This document shows, piece by piece, positions 53,225 through 64,000 of a stretch of DNA of 64,000 nt. The translations under genes and the position numbers were made by a program. Origin of the DNA: Rhynchobatus australiae (taxonomy: Eukaryota); assembly GCA_034780895.1 (NCBI GenBank), contig JAUZTB010000002.1, positions 69,416,680 to 69,480,679 on the forward strand, read 5' to 3'. The notes beneath the pieces were generated by a model. It was not told where the DNA came from, searched no databases, and saw nothing but the letters and a program-made list of their open reading frames with translations. Numbering within the stretch: the first letter of the stretch is position 1; the number at the start of each line of letters is the position of its first letter.

Positions 53225-56200
53225 TCAAGCTGCAAGCATAGCTGGCAAGGCAACCATCAATTGTCCATCTCCAGAGAAGCTACAAGCCACCTTTTTGAAC
53301 TGTAGCAGTCCTTCTGAAAATACTTGCACAATGGTGTCAGGGAGTGGTTTCTAGGATTTAAACAAAGCAAGGGGATGAGAAACAATCAAGTCAGAATGGT
53401 GCATAACCTGAAGGGGAATCTGCAGGTAGTAGTGTTTCCATGCACCTGCTGCCCTTGTCCTTCCTTGTGTTAGTGGATACAAGTTTGTGATGTACTGTTG
53501 AAGAAATGTAGATGTGTAACTGCAGTTCAATTTACAGATGATGCACGCCACAATCATAATGCATTAGTGGTGAGGGAATACATGTTTAAAGTGTGGATTG
53601 GGTGTCGGTTAAGGGCTGTCTCATCTTGGGCGGTGTGGAAACTGTGCTCATCCAGGCAAGTGGAGAATCTTCCCTTGCATTCCTGATTTGTGCCTGTAGA
53701 TAATGGAGAAGCATATGGGTGACAGGAAGAGACTTGCTCATCATAGGATATCCAGCCTCTGACCTACTCCTGTTGCCACAGTATTCACGTGGCTAATCCA
53801 GTTAGGTTTCTGATCCTCAATTAGCTGATGGTGGGACTCATGCTGGTAATACCATTGAATATCAAGGACAGGTAGTTAAGTTTTCTATTGTTGGAGATGA
53901 TAATTGTTTGATGCTTTTATGGCATGAATGCCACTCATCACTTCATGAATGATATCCAAGATCTTGCTCTGTTNNNNNNNATAGTTGGAAACAGAAGTGA
54001 ACAATGTGTAATTATGCAAATTCCCAATTCTGATCTTATGAAAGAAAAGTTATTGATAAAGCAGCTGAAGATGATTGAGCCTGGGACATTGCCCCATGAA
54101 CTCCTACTGTAATGTTCTGGGGCTGGGATGGTTGGCCTCCAATATAATCTCAACTACCTTTGTGCAAGGTACAAGTCCAGCCATTAGAATGTCTTCCCCT
54201 TGATACCTGTTGACTTCTGTTTTATCAGGGCTCTTTGATCCTATACTCCATTAAAAACTGCCTTGATGTCAAGGACAGTCACTCTGTTTCAACCCTAGAA
54301 TAGAGTTATTTGGTCCATGACTGATGAGGGTTGAGGCAGTGACCCTGGCAAACCTAGACTGAGCATCACAAGCAGATTATTTGCAAGCAAATACCATTCG
54401 AAGCACTAATGATGATACTTTCCACCATTTTGCTGATGATTGGGGGAAAAAATACTATTCTTCAGTTATTATATTGCATTTGTTGTGTCCAACTTTCCCA
54501 GCACTTTTCTGATCACATTGAGTGAACTGAAGAGACTGAACTGACTTCTGGAATGTGGGAATCTCAACAGGAAGTCTAGATGGATCACTCATAACTTTTG
54601 GTTGAACACGTTTAAGTACTTCGGTCTCATCTTTAGCACTCATACTGAGTGGACCCCCACTAACAATGAGCATGGGGACATTTTTAGGATTTCCTGTTTG
54701 CTATTTAATTGTCCACTGCCATTCATGATTAAGCGTCGCAGGGATGTAGAGTTTGATCTTATTTATTGGCAGTGGGCTCACTTGACAGTCTTTAACATGT
54801 TGTTCTACTTGTTTAGCATGCATGAGTGTAGGTGATATTACAGATTGTGATGGCGTACATTTTTGCTCCTGATGATAATCTATAGCACATGATGGATGCT
54901 CAGTTTTGGACCCATTTCATTTAACATTATAGGACTGCCACAAAACACAATATAGGGTGCCATCAGTGCAAAGATAGGACTTTCTTGCACAGGATGATGA
55001 GTGGTCACTTTTACCAAGGCTGCGATAGACAGATCCATCTGTGATGTCATCATCAAGAGGTTTAAACACTATATTCAACATTCTGTTTCTCTCTTTCCCC
55101 CCCCCCATACTTGCCTATAGAATCATCTGTCTAGANNNNNNNNNNNNNNNNNNNNNNNNNNNNNNNNNNNNNNNNNNNNNNNNNNNNNNNNNNNNNNNNN
55201 NNNNNNNNNNNNNNNNNNNNNNNNNNNNNNNNNNNTGTTTCTCTCGTTCCCCCCCCCCATACGTGCATATAGAATGATCTGTCTAGATGTCATACAAACA
55301 AAAGCTTTTCATGTATTTACATATCACGTAAAATCTTGGTACACATGACAATAATAAACCAATTACCACTCCTGACGATTTAGTCAGGCTGCTCAGTGAT
55401 GACAGAACTGAAGTTCCCTACACAGTATGCACACTGTAGTTTTGCTACTTTCAGTGCTTCTTCCAACAATTCAACATGGAATAGTACCAATGGACAGTTG
55501 AGGGAGGATGGCAATCAGGTTTCCATACCCATGTTTGCTGGGGTGAGGAAAATGGAACAGCAGAATTGCTAGTGTAGATGGAAAAAGGCCAGCCTGGATA
55601 CCACTGAAGATGGAGACAGTCAGTATACATTGAAGGAGATTGTATAGCTATTCCAGTAAATTCAGTTTAAAATTCACACCAACAGAAATGTTAGGCATGT
55701 TAAGAAAACAATTGATGATCTGATTCTATGAAACACAAATTGAAGATTCCTGGGGCTGCTATTCCTTGCCTGTATCCTACTGTACCATGGTACCTGGTTG
55801 GTCTGATGGCAGGAAAGGACAAAGCAGGGAATTGTGATGGATGAAATTGACATTAGTGTCAGGTGTGATGCTGAAAGTACACCTTTGTCAGGTTGTTAAT
55901 TGATTAGCTATCCAATTTGTAGACCACTCCCCAGGTGTCTGTAAGGAGGATTTTTGCAAAGACAACTAGGCTGAGCACTACTTTGCAATGTACCATTTTG
56001 GTGCCTAGATTTATGCCAGGTCCATCTGGTTGCACCCTTTTTGTTTTCCTTGGCCAATTCAGAGGGCAGTTATGAGTCAACCACATTGCTGCAGCACAGC
56101 AGGCAGTAATGATAGATTTCTTTCCCTTAAAGGGCATTAGTAACAAATGGGGCTTTCGGCAACAAAATAACAGCTCAAGTCATCCCCTACCAAGGCTATT

Positions 56201-56260
56201 GCTATTCTTTTTAAACTCCCAATATTAATTTAAATTTAAATTCAACAGCTGCCATGGAAT
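53225..56260 (-). mobile_element. Near full-length degenerate LINE (CR1/L2 group) with SINE-like 5' head; a Rex-like tail is inserted at about 55.1-55.37 kb
   Basis: RT relic NVPGSIIFSCFINNFSFIRSELGICIITH (QGS..P..F..FIND.....ADD region) at 54153-53938. The 5' end is homologous to 8.8-9.2 kb. Confidence 0.7.
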
Positions 56261-56314
56261 TTACTAGCATCTGTCAGTGCCATTTCCTCAGGTATGCCCA
56301 TCCCCATTTTTCCC

Positions 56315-56512
56315 ACTTACCTACATTAAGGGATAATTTACATTAGATAACCAACCTACCACATCTTTGGGATGTGGAAGAAAACTAGAGCACGAAGGAA
56401 CTCACACAGTTATGGAGAGAGCTTGCAAACTCCACACAGACAGCACTCCACATTGGGATTGAACCTAGTACCCTGTCAGTGCAATCCAGGTAACTTAACC
56501 ATTACACCAGTG
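56315..56512 (-). mobile_element. Older V-SINE copy
   Basis: gggatgtggaagaaaactagagcac...gcaaactccacacagacagcac...gggattgaacct (minus-strand B box GGTTCAATCCC); same architecture as the 12.3 kb SINE. Confidence 0.7.
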
Positions 56513-59500
56513 TATCCAAGCAGGGATAGGAACCTAGATTACAATTAGGATCAAGAGTTTCCATTTAAATGTCATAGCACTGACAAAAGTAAGCAGAGCA
56601 ACAGATGAAGTACTTAAGAGACTGCCTGAGGAGAATTCACTCAAGGGAAATCTGTGCAAACACGTAATCCAACTAAAAATATGACTCAAGTAAAAGACAA
56701 CATTCCTCCATGCAGATGCAAGCCTACAAGCTTGTGGATACAGTAGCAATGCAACAGAAGTGTTATATTAAAGAGAACAATGTATTGAATGAGATGGTAT
56801 GACCATTCCCATTAATTAGAAAAAGAAAATCACACCAACTAACTGGAAGCATCAAATAGACATTGTGAAAATTACTGTTATTTGGTATTAAAGAACCTAC
56901 ACCCAGATTGTTCCAAATGTTTCTTTACAAAGGCTGATAAATGTCACAAGCATAGACTGACATCTAGGCACAAAATTAAATATTTTCTTTTACAGCTTTA
57001 ACTAAAAGAACTAAAAATACATCCGAAACAAATTGGGCACGAGGTAATCACAAACCACAAGTTTTATTGGACAAATAGAACTGAAAACTCCAGTATTAAA
57101 TTATCAGGAATTCTAATTCCAATGCCCAAGCATAAATGTCTAATCATTCTCTTCCTCCAGCACAATACTATGTCACAAATTAATCCTTGGAGGCCAAGTA
57201 CGTGGCTGTTCATTTTTAAGCATCTTTCTCGCCGGCTTCCAAAACTCCTCCAAATAGCAACTGTAACTGGTCCTGCTCTTGGCTCAGGGCCTTTGTTGCT
57301 GCTATGAGTGAAACGTCAGTCTCAGTCAATGAGGGTTCAAGGTCATAAATCTATATGCCATCACTGTGGCACTTTGACACTTCTGTTTCACATCACTTTA
57401 ATGCAATATCACCTTGTATTATGAACTGTTCATCTCCAAAATTAAATTACTACAACTTGGACATGGTTAAGATCCATTGGCAGTCTGAACTTCCCATGTT
57501 CACATAGAATAAAATCAGCTGGTAAGATTTTAAACCTGTTACCCAGTCATCTTTATATTTGTTAGAATTTGGTAGTTTCTATTACAACATTGTTAGTAAT
57601 GTTATGACATGGTAACAACCTGAAATTTTGCTCAAAACAGTTACCAACAGAAGAATGTCAGAAGATGATATGCTTTTATTCAATTGACCAATAAAGACTA
57701 TTACTNNNNNNNNNNNNNNNNNNNNNNNNNNNNNNNNNNNNNNNNNNNNNNNNNNNNNNNNNNNNNNNNNNNNNNNNNNNNNNNNNNNNNNNNNNNNNNN
57801 NNNNNAGACTATTACTAAACCAAATAATTTACAAGTTTGTCATGTACTTCCCCACCCCCATTGCTGAATTATTGCCATTATTTTAAATACAAAATGCCTT
57901 TTTCATAGAAGTACAAATTTTGAAATAGAGGTTCCTGTATTTTTTCTTATTGGCTTTTAACAAAAATCTGAGTAATGCAAATTTATAGCTAGTTATTCTG
58001 CATTTCTAAATAATGTGCAGCTGCCACTTGTTATTTCACTCAGACAACAATATTTACACAATTGGCCACATGTGCAACATGCATTATTTTTCTGCCTTCC
58101 AAATTTGAAGTAAAAATTCTGCTTCAAAGCTCAAACCACAGGCTACCACAATTCCAGATAATGACAGGATATTTCAGATGCGATTCCCACAACAAGCCAA
58201 AAAAAATACAAAACCTACTGATTACAAAAACTAACTTTTTTGATAAAATTAAGGCAGTGCATATGTAGTGAGAAAAGTACAGAATTGTGACTACAGGCAA
58301 CCGTAGAGGATCATGCCAAAAGGAAAAAAGCACTTCCAAAAAGACTGGGAAATGAATATTTAAAACTGTAGATGCTGGAAGTGTGAAATTAAAGCAGAAA
58401 ATGCTGGAAACACTCAGCATCTTTGGAAAGAGGTCAAAAACCCTGGTCAGAACAAATCAACATCAATCAGTTCTAGAAGGGAAAGATTTCTTTTTCTACC
58501 CCAATATTTAATGCTTTAAAATTACATTGAGCAGAATAGTTAAGAGTGATACCAGATGTGGATCTGTCTATAATCTGTGACAGAAGCTTTTGATCGCCAC
58601 TTTCATGGCTGGTAAGCTGCTGCCGTGTACCTCCTCACATGGGAAATGGAGAAAAGCCATTACCAGGACACCAGTCAGAACAGCAGGCTACCTCACAGCA
58701 ATATTAATTAGCAGCTCAAATCATTTGAGGATGAAATGTCTCATGACATGGTCACAACAAAGATTTTACAAGTTATTAAATTGAAAGGAAACTATCTGGA
58801 AAACAGCAAGGTTCAGAACTTTTCTTTACTAATGGAGATTTTTAAAAAAAAACAAAGAATTGGGTTAACAAGAAGGTGTTGACTTTGCTTGGTTCATATA
58901 ATTTTAATTTATTCAAAAGAAAAATTAAATACTTTGGCTACAAGACAAATTGCCCCTGAAATGCATTGCCCAATTATACCCAAATCTGTTTATATTTAGT
59001 CAATCTTCTTATTCTCTGTAACTAGTGCAAATATAATTATTGAACATTCAATTGTCATACAAGCAACAGATTTAACAACTGATTTGGATAATTGAAGTCA
59101 TTAGCTGAAAAATGAGAAATAAAGATTTTTAAAAGTGGAATATTTACCACAACAATTATCAAAGTAAAGCATTTTAAAATAGCACCTTGAAAAAGCTCTT
59201 AACACTATAATGCTCACAGAATTATATGATTAGGTTGGCCGAGTTACAGTCCACAAGGATAGCAAATCCTATTAAGTCTTGGTGATCCATTATATAACAC
59301 AAATCTAATTTTCCAGGTTAACCACCACACCGTCATCATTCATAAAAAAAAGCTACTTGCAATTTAAAAGCCTGAAGATTTTGAATGCAGCTGAATATCA
59401 CTCAGACACTGCATTATAAAACCACTGGGTTTACGGCATTATTTTAAATATTAGGAACGAAGTTATCTTGCAGTGGGCTTCTGCAACTATAAAAATATTT

Positions 59501-61859
59501 CTAATTACCACCGAAATATGCCTCTCAATTCAAATACAAATGGAAGCTGACTTAAAAAGGATGAATTCATTTGGGAAAGCAGGTCAGCAAAAGCCTTGCT
59601 ACAATAATGCAGACAGGCATCTACACAAGTTCCTATACAGCACAGTACCTAGTGGAACTACATAAAATGTTAACAAAGCTTACTGATGCAGGAAGTGAAT
59701 ACCCAATTATACCCTAACACTGCTTGACGAGGCAAATGTTTATTTTTCTTGATTTAAATCACACAATATTTATAATCATGCAAATTAAATACATAGACAA
59801 TGTATTGAGGTTGTACAATGCAAAGTATTTTGAACTGAGCTCAGTATCTAAGGCAGCTCTTAATTCAGATAAAGTAATATTTTAGTTTTCTTAATTGTGC
59901 AATACTCAAAACAATTTAAATCCAGAAGCAATATACCACAAAGTTATACCAATCAATTTATCTCCAACTGAGTTCAGCCAAAAACTGCAAAATTAAGGCA
60001 GGTTCAATATGACAACTCACTTATACTTCAGCATTTAAAGATATACATTTCAATTTCTTAGGCCTGTTTGCTTTACAATTTTGTAGAATCACTTCAATTC
60101 AGGCTTAAAAAGGAAATGTTTTCCCATCCTTTTGCCTCCATCTCAAGCATGTATTTAATTTCTTTTAGCCATGAGTTTGGGTCATTTATTTCTACTCCTT
60201 AAATGGCATGAAAAATCTTCCCATTTTGCTTCTTATATTAATGACATTAAACTCCTATCACACAGGAGTACCTGTCCATCTGAAATATGGCGAGGTAGGC
60301 AAAACAACATTTACAATAAACTAGAAAATCATTTCCTACAAATAAAAGCTTCCGTGGGGTGTTACAATTTGAAAACTTGGTTCACATTAATGGAGTTAAA
60401 ATCCTTTTTGTAAAGGACTAATATAAATCATGCCAACATTAACAGATATAGGTCAAACATTTTAAAAGGCTGGTATAGGAAAAAGAAATTCCCACTAGTC
60501 TAATAAAGATGTGCTGTTTGGGCACAATTAAGGAAGTCTTAATTTGGCTTGCAGTGTAAACGACCTTGGAGGACTTGATAAAAACATTGATATTCAATGT
60601 TTTGAATATCAAATACTAAGCTATCAACATGCCCATCTTAGCAGGCATAAAATGTTAAAAATTAATTTTCCAAAAAGTGCAGGTTATCCATTATTTCAAT
60701 CTAGTTACAAAACATTGTATTGAGCATCGCCAAACTACACCAGGGATGTTACATATTATTGTACAATCTAAAATTAAATCAAACCATTTATTCCAAGGAG
60801 ACATATCCAAACAAGGTTGAACATACAAGTTGTTAGATCCTGTTAACTCAGCCACTATACAGGACTAACTGGCCTTTATACTGGTATGAAGGAGGCCATT
60901 GTGGAAATGCTCATATTTACACAGCCTGACATGACTACTAAACAACACGCATTTCCTTTCACCGCTCTACAGCCATTCACCAAGGTGTGAACAAAGATTC
61001 AAAAAACCCTTTCATTTGATTGCAGTTTACAAATTTCTGTCAGACCTCCAACACCACTCGGAACTTGCTGACTGACGTGAAAGATGTATGATTGCGTCAG
61101 ATTCAACCTAGTATTTTTCTTCCGCAAGTTAGCATTGTAAAGAAAATGCACAAGGATGCATTCATTACTAGTGAGAAGAACCTCCCTCACATCATGTTTT
61201 GAGTACTTCAAAATAACAGACACACGCCGTTGAAGTATTCTCACTTGCAAATTGTAGACTGGTAAACAACAGTGCAAGCAGATTCCCTGGAACACTGTTC
61301 GGACCAAAAGGTCTGTGTCATAAAGTGCTGGCTTTTGCTTAAACTACTAGTCCAGCCAAGGATTTATACTTGCCAAATTTCCACAATCTCACCAAACAGA
61401 TCTGATGCCTGTTTTCAACTCCTACTAGNNNNNNNNNNNNNNNNNNNNNNNNNNNNNNNNNNNNNNNNNNNNNNNNNNNGTACATCTGCCATAGGCCCTA
61501 CACCCAGAAAGCAGTGTATGTATTACTCACTTTATCCATAGATTCATCTTAGAAATCAGTTATAAAAGTATGATCAACATGTTGAACATTGAATTTTAAA
61601 GTCAGGCAATTTTCTTGTCCTACCAGAATATTTACTTTTAGGATCGAGAGTTTTACCTCCATTTGACAACAATTAAGTACACTGTTTAACATAAATTACC
61701 CTAGACCTCATTAGATTCAGGGTGCTCTCTCTAAATATCGGGGAAATGTTTAGCTTATCGTACACAGCACCTATTTTAAAAATAAATATGCAGTTTGAAT
61801 GCATCATTCCCCGATGTTACAAAGCAGTATTTTAGTATTATATCGAGCAAAACGGAAAA

Positions 61860-63150
61860 GATTTAAACGCTGATGCTCGTAAGCGAGTCACCGTTCACTC
61901 TCGGCGGATATTGCAGCTGTCAACGAGCGAGAGATTTTCACATCAACAAGAATTTTGAACACCCGCTAACCACCTTGAAGACAGTTACACGCCACCAGCT
62001 AGGCTTTCTAGTAACAACATTGCAGACTAGGTTCGGGATTTTAAAAAAATGCACCTTTTGGAGACAGAATCGTTAATCTACTTTTCAACGTTGAATCTCC
62101 AGAAAAAATTGTTTCCTAAACAAAAGCAAAATCTAGTCGACGCGACGTTTAAGTCAACGTGTCGCGGCTACTTTGCAGTCTAAAATGACAGAATGCGGCC
62201 TCGGGGAGAAAAGGGGGCGTGAATACTTGCCGTGAAACTGTTTGTTGAGTGAGAGAGAGATGGGGGCGGACGGGGGAGGGTGGGATATAGTCCGGCCTTT
62301 CCATACTTTTTCCTCGCATCCCCTTCACACCCGCGACCGGCCACAAGGACCAGCCGGATAGTTGCACTGTTTCCTCACTCTGCAATCCAGCAGCACGCAC
62401 GTACAGACACTCACCGTTTACCTCAGGAGAGGGGATGGGAGGGGGGAAAATCTTCTGAGCCGCTCTTCCTCCTTCACTTTGACTTTTATAACTCCGGCGC
62501 TCAGTCTATGTATTAAAATCTTATTTTAAGGGAAAAAAAGTAATTGAATAACGATAAGAAACTAAACCAAATTAAAAGATTAAAACAAATTTTGTTGTGT
62601 TGCGAGTTCAGTAGGACAGGACGGCAGCGAGCATAGTCGGCAGAGACAGGAATGCGTGCGGGTCGGGTGAGAGCGAGCGGGGTGCAGGCAGAGCCTCCCC
62701 TGCAGCGGCTCTTCCCATCTCAGGCCGGGACAAGCTGCAGAAGCGCCGCCGCCGCGCTACCATGTAACCTTCCCAGGGCCAACCCACGCCGCCAGTCCGG
62801 GGGGGGGGGGCGGAGTCAGGCAGCCCTTCACTCACACTGCCACTGACAAGCCCGCTTCCATCCTGCCCGCACACACGATGGCACCACACCCTATTGAGGA
62901 GGATGAAACTCGGGAAGGAGAACGCGAGCGCGTTCTCGCACTTCGGCGCCTCCGGCAGAATGGGGCTTCCCCCTCTCCTCCGTTTCCAGTTGGCACAGCC
63001 CGGGCTGGCTTTGGTTCTCGGGGCAGGAAGTGGGGCGCGAGGCCCGGGTCGGGTCAGCCCCGGAGCGCGTGTGGAGCGCGGCTCGAGCACCTGATGATGC
63101 CGCTTTAATCTCCTTAACCAGGGCCAACGTGCAACTTCGATTTTCCGCTT
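61860..63150. promoter_or_regulatory. CpG island / probable HPCAL1 promoter
   Basis: The only extended GC- and CpG-rich stretch in the window. Contains GC boxes GGGGCGGAGT (62807-62816) and GGGGCGGA (about 62263), an ETS-like CAGGAAGTG (about 63025), and a CCAAT (gattgg) at about 63325 just outside. No TATA box seen. Confidence 0.8.
62415..62770 (-). other. HPCAL1: Probable non-coding first exon of HPCAL1 (5' end uncertain)
   Basis: Lies within the CpG island and ends at consensus donor ACG|GTGAGT (62415/62414), with a second donor GAG|GTAAAC 7 nt upstream. A (GCG)n tract lies near 62745-62756. Confidence 0.6.
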
Positions 63151-63829
63151 CAATCTACACGTTACAAGAGCAATATATTATGCATTTGTGTATGTATGTA
63201 TGAATATATATTCAAAAAACACGAACTTCCTTGTTGCTTCTTTGTTTTTATTCTTCCTGGAAGAATAGCGATATTACAACAGACTTCCCCACCCCCTCCC
63301 ACTTAGTTTATTTTCGGTTTAGTTGATTGGATTGTAAATGATTAGAGTGCGGACTGCAGAGAACATGCTTGTGTTAACTTGTTATGAGATACAACTGTTT
63401 CAAATGTGTAGTCATTAAGAGAATGATAATATTAAAATTATATATAAATAATCCTGAGAGAATTAATCAAATGTTATTGAGACGTAATTGATTTTTTTCC
63501 CCGCTGTTGAATGCCTAAATTACTGCGAAGTTTCACACAACTGCAGAGCATGAGATTTAGAGATGCATTTCCCAACATAGACAGGCAGAGGAGCAACGGT
63601 TCGCAGGAAAAATCCCGCGCAATACAGGAGATTATTGAGTACTTACTTTAAGTAAACTGAAACCCTCCATTTTTCTTTCTCATTTTCATTAGTTCAATAC
63701 TTATAAATGTTTATTCCTAATAAAATAACTATTTAACACGACCTATACACAGAGTGAGCAATCAGTTCCAGAATTAGTCCTCTCAATGTTTCTATTTAAC
63801 TACATGTATGAAAATTTTTAAAAAATGGA

Positions 63830-63982
63830 CATGTTGGATAACTGAAATAAAAACACAAAATGATGGAAACACCCGGCAAGATCTCTAGAAAGAGGAAACC
63901 CAGTTAATGTTAACCTTGTTTCTCTTTCCTCAGATTCTGCCTGGCTTGCTGAGTGTTTCCAGCATTTTCTGTTTTTGATTCT
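63830..63982. repeat. Imperfect inverted repeat made of two Penelope-like terminal segments
   Basis: Left arm aaaaacacaaaatgatggaaacacccggcaag...gaaagaggaaac versus right arm gtttctctttc...cttgctgagtgtttccagcattttctgttttt, centred on gttaatgttaac. Confidence 0.75.
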
Positions 63983-64000
63983 ATGAACTGAAACATTTTG

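Noticed and set aside
62607-62630. Possible REST/NRSE site (ttcagtaggacaggacggcagc)
   Set aside because: Too many mismatches and the wrong spacing relative to TTCAGCACCnnGGACAGCGCC.
62608-63153. 181-aa minus-strand ORF and other ORFs in the CpG island as separate genes
   Set aside because: Low-complexity R/P/G/A composition expected from GC-rich, stop-poor DNA, with no recognisable domain; only the 3' part is kept as possible uORFs.

Overview
Vertebrate genomic DNA: AT-rich, CpG-depleted and repeat-rich. The repeat complement (V-SINE/HE1-like SINEs, CR1, RTE, Rex1/Babar and Penelope-like relics) suggests a cartilaginous fish, probably a ray or other batoid; this is inference. One protein-coding gene spans almost the whole window on the minus strand: HPCAL1 (hippocalcin-like 1 / VILIP-3, a neuronal calcium sensor, 193 aa). 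Its three coding exons are 15101-14724, 11122-11017 and 7321-7217, all with GT-AG boundaries; the ORF track shows only the first. The last coding exon is interrupted by a 10-N gap that stands in for one Phe codon. A CpG island at about 61.9-63.2 kb holds the probable promoter and non-coding first exon, about 47 kb upstream of the ATG exon, and a likely polyA signal lies at 6275-6280. The remainder is intronic or flanking DNA with degenerate transposons and many 10-N/100-N scaffolding gaps. The most notable unannotated signals are: a dispersed family of Penelope-derived minimal hammerhead-ribozyme relics, some sense to the pre-mRNA and some in inverted pairs; a CpG-rich, foreign-looking segment at a gap edge; a LINE apparently carrying a SINE-like head; and tandem splice donors plus uORFs in exon 1. 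I found no convincing wholly new biological system. Repeat family names are from recognition, not database searches, and repeat boundaries are approximate.
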